Source: a virus
Lineage: Duplodnaviria; Caudoviricetes
IMG/VR virus record: IMGVR_UViG_3300017963_000059
Coordinates: 1-56,328 of that record
Strand: one strand, 5' to 3'
Length of the DNA stretch: 56,328 nucleotides
Each line of letters opens with the position of its first letter. Position 1 is the first letter of the stretch. The notes beneath the pieces are model-generated. The model had not been told where the DNA came from. It was given only the letters and a program-made list of their open reading frames with translations, and searched no databases. Below are positions 35,288-44,459 of this stretch, in pieces. The translations under genes and the position numbers were made by a program.

Positions 35288-37006
35288 ATGGAAGCTGTAG
35301 CAGAACAGAAGGAAACGGCGGTGAGATTTATCGCTATCAAGGATGTGATTATCCCCCCGGATTATACCCGGAAGGTTAAGTCAACCGACAAGGAGATCAA
35401 AGAATTAGCTGAAAGCATTAAAGGTACGAACGGGATCATAAATGCTATTATTGTAAGGCCGGACCCGAGTCATGCATCTGACGGGAAATTCGAGTTGATA
35501 TCAGGTAGACGCCGGCTAATGGCTTCTTTACTTGCCGGATTCGATGCTATCAAGGCCGAGGTCGTCAATGTCGATGATCGAATGGCCGGAATTATCAATG
35601 TAACGGAGAATCTTCAGCGCGAGGATCTATCGCCTCTCGATGAAGCCGAAAGCCTTCAGAAACTCATCGCCGCCGGCAAGGATAGTAAAGAGATATCGGA
35701 GTCGCTGGGGAAGACGGAAAGCTGGGTAGTACGGAGGTCTAAGTTACTGGAGTTGATCCCGGAGTGGCAGGACGCCATGAAATACGACGGACCTAATGTA
35801 TATCATAATCCTCTGAGTTGTTTTATAAACTGGTCGATTGGCCATTTCGAGTTAATAGCCAGATATCCGGAAGAAGAGCAAAGGGCGATCTTTGAGGAAT
35901 TAAGTGAGAATCACTATTCAGTAAATGATTCAACTATAAGTCAATTAGAGAAGTTTCTTGATGGTCGAATGATGCTGATCAGTAAAGCTCCATGGAAACT
36001 TGATGATGAATCCCTTTATCCGGATGCCGGTTCCTGCACCGAGTGTCAGAAGCGTTCCTGTCATCAGGCTATTCTGTTTCAGGGGGATCTTTCTCCGGAG
36101 GCAATCGGCAAGAACGATAAGTGTCTGGATGGCGGATGTTGGAAGCAAAAGTCCCAACTATATTTGGAAGGTCAGATATCCCAACACCGGAAAAAGCATC
36201 CGAATTTAGTTAAGATATCGAATTCTGGCTTCTATAATGGAAACGAGGGCGTTATCCCGAGTTACGAGTATACGAAAGCGAAGAAGAGCGATAAAAATGC
36301 TGTTCCTGCCATTGTTGTCGACGGTCCCGGATACGGCAAACTCAAATATGTCAAGCTTACAAGCAGCGGAAGATCAACAAGTTCGTCAGCGGCAAAATCA
36401 TCTAAGGACATGAATCCTGAAGCGAAGCTTAAGGCCAAGAAGGAACAACGCAAAAAGCGAGTGTATGCAAAGATTCTCACAGAGATCAGGTCGAAGCTTT
36501 ATAACATGGCTCCGGACGATTCGGGAGAACCGAAGTGCTCTTCACTTAAACAGTTCGAAGGATTGGTTGATTCCAAAGAACGAATAATGGCACTGGCTGT
36601 GGTATTCGGAACTAAGGATAATTCAACCTATTGCGCTAAGGATGAATGGAAGGAATGGGAAGACCTTACGGATCAGGAAGCCGGTGAAATCCATCAACAG
36701 CTATGGGAGGCAATGATCGGAGTATTTGCCGATCGTCTAAATTATCAACAACCTTCGAATATTGATGATCTTCGGGTTGAAGAAGCAAAACGGGTCTGTC
36801 GGCTGATCGGCCTTGACTTCAAAGGGCTCGAGGAAGCCGCTGAAGCATCAGTTCCGGTACCGAAGTCCTGGGCAAAAGAGGAAGCGGCCATCGCGCATAT
36901 GAAGGAACAGAAAGCAAAGAAATCTAAGAAAGTCAAGACCTCTAAGAAGAACTCGAAGAAGAAAGCATCCAAAAAGAAAAAGGAAACACCTGAGCAGGAA
37001 TCTTAA
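35288..37006 (+). CDS. parB: ParB/RepB/Spo0J-family protein
   Basis: ELAESIK..GIINAIIVR, ISGRRRLMA, ENLQREDLSPLDEA and an HTH; Cys cluster CTEC...C..GGC. Confidence 0.88.
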   Translation: MEAVAEQKETAVRFIAIKDVIIPPDYTRKVKSTDKEIKELAESIKGTNGIINAIIVRPDPSHASDGKFELISGRRRLMASLLAGFDAIKAEVVNVDDRMAGIINVTENLQREDLSPLDEAESLQKLIAAGKDSKEISESLGKTESWVVRRSKLLELIPEWQDAMKYDGPNVYHNPLSCFINWSIGHFELIARYPEEEQRAIFEELSENHYSVNDSTISQLEKFLDGRMMLISKAPWKLDDESLYPDAGSCTECQKRSCHQAILFQGDLSPEAIGKNDKCLDGGCWKQKSQLYLEGQISQHRKKHPNLVKISNSGFYNGNEGVIPSYEYTKAKKSDKNAVPAIVVDGPGYGKLKYVKLTSSGRSTSSSAAKSSKDMNPEAKLKAKKEQRKKRVYAKILTEIRSKLYNMAPDDSGEPKCSSLKQFEGLVDSKERIMALAVVFGTKDNSTYCAKDEWKEWEDLTDQEAGEIHQQLWEAMIGVFADRLNYQQPSNIDDLRVEEAKRVCRLIGLDFKGLEEAAEASVPVPKSWAKEEAAIAHMKEQKAKKSKKVKTSKKNSKKKASKKKKETPEQES

Positions 37007-37008
37007 TA

Positions 37009-37986
37009 ATGTCAGTTGAGGATATCAGGATTAAATTGGATTTCTACGACCATCCTAAGACGGTCAAGCTTAAACGGAAGCTGGGTATCAATGCTGTGGT
37101 ATCCCTTCAGCAGTTGTGGATATATGCCGCCCAAAACCGGTCGAAAGGGATACTGCACGGCCTGGACGACGAGGATATTGCAATAGCTTCCAGGTGTGAT
37201 GGTGATGCTGACAAGTTCATTAATGGCCTGATAGATGTGAAGTTTCTTGAAAAGGGAGAAGATGGGACACTGATTCTGCATGACTGGGAAGAGCATCAAC
37301 CATTCGCTTTTTATTCCGAAGAGCGGTCTAAACAAGCCAGAGCTGCAGCCGCGGCGCGTTGGGGAGGAGAGAAGAGTAATTCTCCGAATAGTCCCAACAT
37401 AATGTCACCGGCATGCGGTGAGGATGCGGACAGTATGCTGACAGCATGCGGGGAGCATACAGGGAGCATACAATCAGCAATGCTGAATCATTCAATCAGC
37501 AATGCCCCTATTCCTACTCCTACTCCTAAACCTAATCCTTCTCCTACTCCAGATATAAATAATACCTCCGGCGACAAAAAGACACATCCCGGAAGTAAAA
37601 ACAGCTCTCCGCCTCCGGCGGCATCTTTAAATCCTGAAGTTCAGAAGAACAGCAAGAAATGGTGGGATGGTGAAATCGAAGATATTCAAAAGAAAATCTT
37701 CGGCAGTGTTTGTCTCACATATCCCCAGATAGGCTTGCTAATCAACGAGTTTCAAAACGATAACGGTAAATTCGCTCATCCCGGATTCGGGGATCACGGT
37801 ACTCTGTGGCAGGCAATCTGCGAATGCGGAAAGAAGCCTGATAATCCATTTACATGGCTGCGGACGATTGCCGGTGATCAGCGGAGAGTAGAGGAGTTAC
37901 GGAAACGATCTCAGCAAAAAGCAGACTCAAATCCTTTTAAGCCGATGAGGATAATTATTCCCGGTATGGAGACAAATGAGCAGTAA
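37009..37986 (+). CDS. Replication initiator protein
   Basis: FYDHPKT...LWIYA...LHDWEEHQ N-terminal domain; internal iteron-like repeats; directly upstream of dnaB. Confidence 0.75.
   Translation: MSVEDIRIKLDFYDHPKTVKLKRKLGINAVVSLQQLWIYAAQNRSKGILHGLDDEDIAIASRCDGDADKFINGLIDVKFLEKGEDGTLILHDWEEHQPFAFYSEERSKQARAAAAARWGGEKSNSPNSPNIMSPACGEDADSMLTACGEHTGSIQSAMLNHSISNAPIPTPTPKPNPSPTPDINNTSGDKKTHPGSKNSSPPPAASLNPEVQKNSKKWWDGEIEDIQKKIFGSVCLTYPQIGLLINEFQNDNGKFAHPGFGDHGTLWQAICECGKKPDNPFTWLRTIAGDQRRVEELRKRSQQKADSNPFKPMRIIIPGMETNEQ
37411..37506. repeat. Iteron-like repeats, probable replication origin
   Basis: GCATGC/GCATAC units at about 11-bp spacing; GGGAGCATACA x2 (37451, 37462); CAATCAGCAATGC x2 (37471, 37493). 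Confidence 0.65.
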
Positions 37987-39349
37987 TAATCAACAAAAGC
38001 CGGATATGGCATGGGAAGCAGCTGTCGATGTCGAACAAGCGGTGCTGGGTGCGATGCTAATAGACAATAAGGCTGTAGCTGAAGCTGTAACAATACTTGA
38101 ATATAAAGATTTTTATCCCACCAAGCACAGGCTGATATTCAAAGCTATTAAAAAGCTATTCGATGAAGGGAAAGAAACAGATATTGTTACGATAAGTTCT
38201 CTTCTCGAGTCCAAACAGAAACTTGAAGAGGCTGGCGGTCGGGGATATATAACTAAACTCGTGGAGAATATAGGGACCTCAGCTAATATTCAAAGCCATT
38301 GTGAATTAGTTAAGAGGAAATCGCAATTATTGCAGATCAACAAACTGGGATTTGAAATGATATCCCTGGCTAATAACTCGAAGGATCCCGAGGATATCAT
38401 TCTCAGCGTTGACGAGAAGCTTCTTAACATCCACGAGAACAAAGACAAGGGCGGTAAGTGGCTTAAAGAACTGGCAGCTGTTGCCACCGAATCGATGGAT
38501 GGTTATACCCAACAGCATTCCGGATTAAGAACCGGATTTGATAATTTAGATAGTTACTTAAATCCATTTCGAGCTCCTGATCTGATAATCTTAGCGGCCC
38601 GGCCAACTGTCGGCAAGACAGCACTGGCCATAAATATCGGAGACCGCCTGGCCAGAACAAATAAGGTGGTTATGGTAGCATCGTTGGAGATGTCAAAAGT
38701 GGCCATCACCGAGCGGATTCTTTGCAGCAGGGCGGGAGTATCAGGTCTCAGACTCAGGCAGGGCAAACTATCGGATAATGAATGGATGAAATTAGCTCAG
38801 GCAGCCTCTGAATATTCCTCCGGGATTTCGCAGATGATAATCTATGACCGGGATATAAGCACGGTTACTAAAATCAGGGCTGAAGCTAAAAAGCTCCAGG
38901 CGCGAGTTGGATTAGATATACTGATAGTCGATTACCTGCAATTAATCAATTCCAAGGGCGAGACTCGGAATGAAGAGGTGGGAAGAATCAGCAGAGGTTT
39001 AAAGATGATAGCTAAGGACCTGAATATTCCTGTTATCGCTCTTTCCCAACTATCAAGAAAACCGGAAGACCGGGCGGATTCAAGACCTATATTGTCAGAT
39101 TTAAGGGAATCCGGTGATATTGAACAGGATGCTGATGTTGTTCTTTTCCTCTACCGCCCGATAATGCATAAACAAAAACCGCCAGAGAAATACAATATTA
39201 CTGAGAAGAATCATAAGAGATACGCAGAGATTATTATCGGAAAGCAACGTAACGGACCCGCTGGGATTGATATTCCGATGTGGTATTACGACGAAATGAC
39301 AAGATTTCACACAATGGATAAGGTTCATGAGCAGGAAAATGTATTTTAA
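37976..39349 (+). CDS. dnaB: Replicative DNA helicase
   Basis: EQAVLG, AARPTVGKT, SLEM, IVDYLQL, LSQLSR, DLRESGDIEQDAD and KQRNGP motifs. Confidence 0.97.
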   Translation: MSSNNQQKPDMAWEAAVDVEQAVLGAMLIDNKAVAEAVTILEYKDFYPTKHRLIFKAIKKLFDEGKETDIVTISSLLESKQKLEEAGGRGYITKLVENIGTSANIQSHCELVKRKSQLLQINKLGFEMISLANNSKDPEDIILSVDEKLLNIHENKDKGGKWLKELAAVATESMDGYTQQHSGLRTGFDNLDSYLNPFRAPDLIILAARPTVGKTALAINIGDRLARTNKVVMVASLEMSKVAITERILCSRAGVSGLRLRQGKLSDNEWMKLAQAASEYSSGISQMIIYDRDISTVTKIRAEAKKLQARVGLDILIVDYLQLINSKGETRNEEVGRISRGLKMIAKDLNIPVIALSQLSRKPEDRADSRPILSDLRESGDIEQDADVVLFLYRPIMHKQKPPEKYNITEKNHKRYAEIIIGKQRNGPAGIDIPMWYYDEMTRFHTMDKVHEQENVF

Positions 39350-39445
39350 AATGGATACAGCGCAACAAAACCCAAAAGTGAATACTAAGCGACATAAGGG
39401 ATTAATTTAAATACTGCGCTTTATTACGGAAAACCGAAAGGAGTT

Positions 39446-39583
39446 ATGAATATGAATACAGATTGGAATTGGATATTTGAGTTTGGAGCAGGATTGTTGG
39501 GAGCATTCTTCGTCATCGGGGTAGTTATTGCCGCGGTCTCGTTGCTACGGAAGATTGTGAAGGGCGGGCATATCTATGACTGA
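39446..39583 (+). CDS. Small membrane peptide (45 aa)
   Basis: AAGGAG RBS; single TM helix. Confidence 0.5.
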   Translation: MNMNTDWNWIFEFGAGLLGAFFVIGVVIAAVSLLRKIVKGGHIYD

Positions 39584-39719
39584 CCGTGAGAAATGCTATG
39601 ACGAGTATGTTAGATTGACGGAGCTTTATAATTCAGGATTATTGTCTCTCGACGATTTAGATTCGATTGCAGAGGATTTAAAGCAATTTATTTACAGTCA
39701 AGGAGGATATGCAGATTGA
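39576..39719 (+). CDS. Small hypothetical protein (47 aa)
   Basis: Overlaps both neighbours as in a coupled operon. Confidence 0.45.
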   Translation: MTDREKCYDEYVRLTELYNSGLLSLDDLDSIAEDLKQFIYSQGGYAD

Positions 39720-40192
39720 CCAACAAAGGCGCTGAATTCAGTCCATGTAGGAAGTATCGTTATCGTCTGTGGCGGAGATGGAATGATAATAAAGATTATC
39801 TTACCTGGTTACTTCTTAATCCGAGCACTGCGGACGCCAGTATTGATGATCCTACAATTCGACGCTGCATGAATTATGCCTATCACTGGAAATACGGTGG
39901 GATACATGTTATTAATCTTTTTGCATTAAGAGCTACAGATCCCCGTGAATTGAAGCGCGCACGGGACCCCATAGGTGATGTGAATGACAGCATTATTCAA
40001 AGTTATTCAAATCATGATATCATAGCCGGTTGGGGTAACCATGGCAGCTATCTCGATAGAGCAAAGCACGTAATAGAATTACTGAATTGCCCGATTTGGT
40101 GTTTGAAAGTAACTAAAGGCGGACACCCGCAGCATCCACTCTACTTATCAAAAGCATTAAAACCTATTCGTTACAGAGGATATAATGAATAA
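39716..40192 (+). CDS. DUF1643 family protein
   Basis: YRYRLWRRW, LNPSTAD...DDPTIRRC, NLFALRATDP and PQHPLY motifs. Confidence 0.9.
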   Translation: MTNKGAEFSPCRKYRYRLWRRWNDNKDYLTWLLLNPSTADASIDDPTIRRCMNYAYHWKYGGIHVINLFALRATDPRELKRARDPIGDVNDSIIQSYSNHDIIAGWGNHGSYLDRAKHVIELLNCPIWCLKVTKGGHPQHPLYLSKALKPIRYRGYNE

Positions 40193-40376
40193 ACGGATCT
40201 GTCTCAATTGCGGCAAAGAGCATAAACGGGATTCGGCTTTCTGTTGTCCGTATTGTAAGGGCGGTTATCTGGCTAAACAGGGGCAACCGAAACCGATTGT
40301 AATTAGTCAGTTTGAGGCGATGGCCATGTTTCCTGTGATGGCCGCTAAAATACGCCGGAGGTCGAAGAGGTCATGA
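40185..40376 (+). CDS. Small Zn-binding hypothetical protein
   Basis: CLNCG...FCCPYC. Confidence 0.55.
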   Translation: MNKRICLNCGKEHKRDSAFCCPYCKGGYLAKQGQPKPIVISQFEAMAMFPVMAAKIRRRSKRS

Positions 40377-40522
40377 GCCGGAATGAATTGTTATACGACA
40401 AGACAATTAGAGCCATTGATAAAGTAATGTCAGATACTTCTGTACCGGTAGAAGATACAAAAATATCATTAAACAGTATTATTGAACACTGTAATATCTG
40501 CTTAGATGCCCTGGGGGATTAA
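40373..40522 (+). CDS. Small hypothetical protein (49 aa)
   Basis: ATGA overlap with the upstream gene; GAGG RBS. Confidence 0.45.
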   Translation: MSRNELLYDKTIRAIDKVMSDTSVPVEDTKISLNSIIEHCNICLDALGD

Positions 40523-40524
40523 CG

Positions 40525-40788
40525 ATGAGTAACCCAAAGACCGAAGAAATCAGAAACCTGCTTGAAGAGCTATATAAGAAGTTCGGTGAATTCACCGACT
40601 ACCGCAAGCCGGAGGACGTGGCTCTGCTTATACAGCAGGATAAGCTTATCCGACGGAAAGATGAACAGATTAGGCAGTTCAAATCACACACCAGGTCGAT
40701 TATTAAGATTCTCAAATCACAGAGAACCAAAGAAGAAAAAACAGAGATGATAACCGAAATTTTAAAAGCGATGGGGGGAAGCCAGTAA
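40525..40788 (+). CDS. Hypothetical coiled-coil protein
   Basis: 87-aa ORF within the operon. Confidence 0.55.
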   Translation: MSNPKTEEIRNLLEELYKKFGEFTDYRKPEDVALLIQQDKLIRRKDEQIRQFKSHTRSIIKILKSQRTKEEKTEMITEILKAMGGSQ

Positions 40789-41112
40789 TTGAAAGCCCTC
40801 AGCATTAAGCAGCCCTGGTCGTCGATGATCGCCAGCGGCGAGAAGACTATCGAGACCCGGACTTGGGGTACGAAATACAGGGGTGAGTTGTTGATCGTAT
40901 CTTCCAAGAAGCCAGCTATTCCCGGCCTGCCTTCCGGACAGGCAGTTGCCATAGCAGATTTAACGGACGTCCGGAGAATGACTAAAGAAGACGAGGCCGC
41001 GGCTTGTTGTGGAGTGTATCCCGGGGTCTTCGCCTGGGTGTTGGAGAATGTTCGGGAGATAGATCCCTTCCCGGTAAGAGGACAACAAGGATTATATGAA
41101 GTAGATATATAG
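40789..41112 (+). CDS. ASCH domain protein
   Basis: KALSIKQPW..MIASGEKTIETR.W.T.YRG and RGQQGL motifs. Confidence 0.9.
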   Translation: MKALSIKQPWSSMIASGEKTIETRTWGTKYRGELLIVSSKKPAIPGLPSGQAVAIADLTDVRRMTKEDEAAACCGVYPGVFAWVLENVREIDPFPVRGQQGLYEVDI

Positions 41113-41200
41113 CTAACGATTAAGGGTTTACGAAGACCCAATGAGGTAATGAGCGTATTGAATAACGAGAGATAAGAGTGATATTAAGTGATAAACATAG

Positions 41201-41228
41201 ACCATATTCGTGCAGTCACGAATATGGT
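41201..41228. repeat. 28-bp palindrome ACCATATTCGTG-CAGT-CACGAATATGGT
   Basis: Perfect 12-bp arms; 19/28 identical to 44400-44427. Confidence 0.85.
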
Positions 41229-41240
41229 AGGAGGTAACGA

Positions 41241-41819
41241 ATGCCGGCACCAGTTAAAACATTTTATTTCGATCTGGAGACTACAGGTCTTAATCCAGAG
41301 AAGCATGCCATAATTCAGCTTGCTCATATCATCGACATCGATGGCGAAATTGTCGAGGAGGGTGAATTTCTTATCAGACCGTACGAAAAAGACTTAATTG
41401 ATGATGAGGCGCTTAAGGTCAACAAGCGTACCCGGGAGGAGATTGCAGGATTCGAGGATCCGGATGTAGTCTTCTGGGAAATAGTTAATGATCTGCTCGA
41501 TAAGCATATCGACCGCTTCGATAAAACAGACAAGTTCTATCCAGCCGGTTATAATATTGAAAGCTTCGACATCCCCTTTATGAGAGAGTATTTCCGCAAG
41601 GCCGAGAATCCATATTATGGATCGTATTTCAACTATAAACCGATCGATCCGATGCGGATACTCTTCTGGCTGAATTGGATGGGTAAAATAAACCTTCCGA
41701 ACCTGAGACTTGAAACCGTTTGTAATTATTGTGGTATCAAAATAAATGCTCATGATGCGGTGTCGGATACCAGGGCGGCCAGGGAGTTGATACTCAGGAT
41801 GAGGAAGGTGTTGAAATGA
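41241..41819 (+). CDS. DEDDh 3'-5' exonuclease (DnaQ-like)
   Basis: DLETTG, GYNIESFD and AHDAVSD motifs. Confidence 0.9.
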   Translation: MPAPVKTFYFDLETTGLNPEKHAIIQLAHIIDIDGEIVEEGEFLIRPYEKDLIDDEALKVNKRTREEIAGFEDPDVVFWEIVNDLLDKHIDRFDKTDKFYPAGYNIESFDIPFMREYFRKAENPYYGSYFNYKPIDPMRILFWLNWMGKINLPNLRLETVCNYCGIKINAHDAVSDTRAARELILRMRKVLK

Positions 41820-42301
41820 TTGAGCATTATAAAATGACTTACTCCGAAACCGCAAGTAGCTATCGGAAATACAAAAAAGAGCAATTAATACATTTGGTTG
41901 CTGACCTTACCAATGACAATAGGGCTTTGGTTGAGACCATCGAAAATAAAAATAAAACAATAGCAGAATTACGGAAATCGATTGAAAACGATACTTTCTG
42001 CGCTTACTGCGGCCAGAAATATCCGCGGGGGACGCCGAAGTCTCAGAATGCCGCCTTGACGGAGCATATCAAGGTATGTCCGAAGCATCCTATGCGGGAG
42101 GTGGAAGTAGTAATTGCTAAATTAACCGATAAGATTAGCCGGTATAATAGCATTTTCGTTGATATATATAGTCTGGCCCGCGACGGGGAAAGCGATGAAG
42201 GAACTATTGATTATGCAAAACTCAATTGCAACAAGATTAAAGGGATAGCGGATGAGGCAATGGTTAATCTTAGATTGGAGGCCGAACATGATCAGCAATA
42301 A
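41816..42301 (+). CDS. Coiled-coil protein with a C2HC zinc finger
   Basis: CAYCG...HIKVCPKHP. Confidence 0.6.
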   Translation: MIEHYKMTYSETASSYRKYKKEQLIHLVADLTNDNRALVETIENKNKTIAELRKSIENDTFCAYCGQKYPRGTPKSQNAALTEHIKVCPKHPMREVEVVIAKLTDKISRYNSIFVDIYSLARDGESDEGTIDYAKLNCNKIKGIADEAMVNLRLEAEHDQQ

Positions 42302-43199
42302 AATATTCGAGATGTCGAGGCCGACATTTCTGGAGAATTGGCCTAAAGAGCTTTATAAACTGTCGATATTTGAAAACCCCTATGGATTTCCGTTATCAAT
42401 CGGTTTGCCATTGTCATTCGAACAAATGGGAAACCTCCGGTCGAATATATTGGAACTCGGAGAATCTCCAAAGAAGCCCATCAATGATATTATAAATAGG
42501 ATCGATGAGCAAATCGCTATTAACTCGAAATTTAGGAATAATGGCGTTTTTGTGAAGCTGGGCAGCCGGTCTCCGAAGGATAGCTGGTTAGGTAAACGGA
42601 AGGGCTTCAAGGTAAAATCCGGCGTTCGTGCTGTTGAACTGCTTTGCGATTGTTCAGAGCGGATTTACGAAGACCTGACGATGGCTATCGACAACAATTA
42701 CAATGCGCATATCTGGCTTCGGCAATGGGTGAATATTACGAAGTGGGCGGAGTTCCGGTGTTTTATGAAAGATCGGGAATTGGTGGGAGTATCACAGTAT
42801 CATTATAATGAACATTTCGTTGAATTAGAAAAATGGATTGAAGACGTTCACGCGGATATTGGACATTCTAATCAATCAAGTATAGAAACATTTAAGGAGG
42901 TGTACATACTTCCTTACTTCAAGAACCATTTCGAGCCACTCTGTCATTTAGATTCTGTCGTATTTGATATATTCATCGACAGGGAATGCCTCAACGAACC
43001 GTACCGGTCTGTAAATTTAATTGAACTTAATCCCTTCTGCTCTTTGACGGATCCTTGCCTATTCAACTGGAAATCAATAAATCCTATCAATCCGACGAAG
43101 GAGGGTGATTTCGATGGGAGTTTCAGGTTCGTCCGGGAGCAGGATAAGATTGATGATACAAAGGAGTTTTTAAATTTTCAATCACAGGAAGAGGTATAA
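42288..43199 (+). CDS. CDC123/D123-like (R2K clade) ATP-grasp protein
   Basis: FVKLGSRSPKDS, SERIYEDL, EFRCF....LVGVSQY, VFDI and LIELNPF..TDPCLF.W motifs. Confidence 0.85.
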   Translation: MISNKIFEMSRPTFLENWPKELYKLSIFENPYGFPLSIGLPLSFEQMGNLRSNILELGESPKKPINDIINRIDEQIAINSKFRNNGVFVKLGSRSPKDSWLGKRKGFKVKSGVRAVELLCDCSERIYEDLTMAIDNNYNAHIWLRQWVNITKWAEFRCFMKDRELVGVSQYHYNEHFVELEKWIEDVHADIGHSNQSSIETFKEVYILPYFKNHFEPLCHLDSVVFDIFIDRECLNEPYRSVNLIELNPFCSLTDPCLFNWKSINPINPTKEGDFDGSFRFVREQDKIDDTKEFLNFQSQEEV

Positions 43200-43201
43200 G
43201 T

Positions 43202-43528
43202 ATGTATAAGTTATTAGTAATATTAGTGTTGGGGCTGTTGCTGATAGGATGTGCCGGCGAGCAATCTGCGGTAGTCAATCCGAGCGATAATCCGGATGTA
43301 TTTTTATCCTCCGGAAGCCCGGAATATTCTGGGCCATGCGAGGACGATGACAGCGTCATGCTGTATAAGGGGCAATATAGTTGGATGCGATCCGCCGAAG
43401 ATTCCACAAAATACCGGGTCAAGTATATCGACGCCGATTCGTATATCCTGCTGGTATCGGAATCCGGGGGAGAGGACATCATAATTAAATTAGATAATGT
43501 TTTACCGATAGCGGAACCATCGGAATAA
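43202..43528 (+). CDS. Lipoprotein
   Basis: Signal peptide with LLIG-C lipobox. Confidence 0.7.
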   Translation: MYKLLVILVLGLLLIGCAGEQSAVVNPSDNPDVFLSSGSPEYSGPCEDDDSVMLYKGQYSWMRSAEDSTKYRVKYIDADSYILLVSESGGEDIIIKLDNVLPIAEPSE

Positions 43529-43539
43529 GGGAGTAATCT

Positions 43540-44127
43540 ATGGCAGTTTTAACATGTGCCGTCAAGGGAGTTGTACCAGTAATCAACAAAGGCATTAACA
43601 ACGGAATTCGGATATCGCTGGCCTTCGTGGTCGATTATAAGGTGGAGATATTCAGGGACTTAATCCCTCCGGGAGTTTTTAAGATCATCGAGGACAACAA
43701 AGGACTGATACCGGGAGAATGTCATACGTTTAAGAATCAGCATATGCCACCTATACAGCTACTGTTGTATGAAGCGGAATCCTCTGGGGAACCGTTTTTC
43801 GATTATAAGATCAGGTTTATGGAAGACGCTTCTTTGAGTCTCGTGCAAGTGAATAAGGATTCTAAGCTTTTGAGATTGAATGTAAAGTTCGAAGAATTAC
43901 TTGAGAGGCTCGATAAAAAACTTCCCTTTACATTCTGCTGGCTGGCCGGCATGAATATCATCGGTACTATAATCAACATCGAGAAACTGCAGGGGACTAT
44001 CGAGGAGTCGGTTAAAAAGATGACCGACTGCGTTGATGGAGAGCATATTAAGTCAATGGAAATATCCCATGTTCAGGGTGGGAAGGTTCGGGATTCGGTT
44101 AAGATTACGAAGGACGGAGTAGTTTGA
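43540..44127 (+). CDS. Hypothetical protein
   Basis: 195-aa ORF with GGGAG RBS. Confidence 0.6.
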   Translation: MAVLTCAVKGVVPVINKGINNGIRISLAFVVDYKVEIFRDLIPPGVFKIIEDNKGLIPGECHTFKNQHMPPIQLLLYEAESSGEPFFDYKIRFMEDASLSLVQVNKDSKLLRLNVKFEELLERLDKKLPFTFCWLAGMNIIGTIINIEKLQGTIEESVKKMTDCVDGEHIKSMEISHVQGGKVRDSVKITKDGVV

Positions 44128-44312
44128 AGAGTTTGCGGAGGAGGCGCCAGATACCAATGAAGAGATATTTGATGCCAAGTATGATACTCTCGAGAATAGA
44201 TAATATCAACTTGAATGCTACCGGCATGTGGGGATCATGATAGAAGTCTTCGAACATGGAGTTAATAAGGTTGGCAAGGTTATGGAAGTCAATAGAAATA
44301 AGAAGCTTAACT

Positions 44313-44427
44313 TCAGTTGTCCGCTTTTCCCGGACAACCGAGATGTACGATAGTTTCGTACGACTGAAGTGTACGATTATATCGTACAGTTGAATTGCGA
44401 CCATTTTGCCGATGTCAGTAAAATGGT
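44313..44427. repeat. Tandem array of four palindromes of three types
   Basis: TCAGTTGTCCG-N7-CGGACAACCGA; GTACGA-N5-TCGTAC; TGTACGAT-N3-ATCGTACA; ACCATTTTGCCG-N4-CAGTAAAATGGT. Confidence 0.85.
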
Positions 44428-44459
44428 TTTGAAGGAATTGAGCGAGAAGGAAATCAAGG

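Noticed and set aside
44119-44203. Possible +1 frameshift extension of ORF 43540 (GTT TGA into FEEFAEEAPDTNEEIF…)
   Set aside because: Only 26 codons, with no stimulatory element or homology evidence available.
44105-44404. 99-aa minus-strand ORF, and the short plus-strand ORFs over the palindrome array
   Set aside because: Antisense to the operon or lacking an RBS; openness on both strands is partly a by-product of the palindromes. A short plus-strand peptide cannot be fully excluded.
44313-44427. CRISPR mini-array, dif site or Tn3 res site
   Set aside because: No constant repeat with unique spacers, no match to the XerC/D dif consensus, and no cas or serine resolvase gene in the genome.
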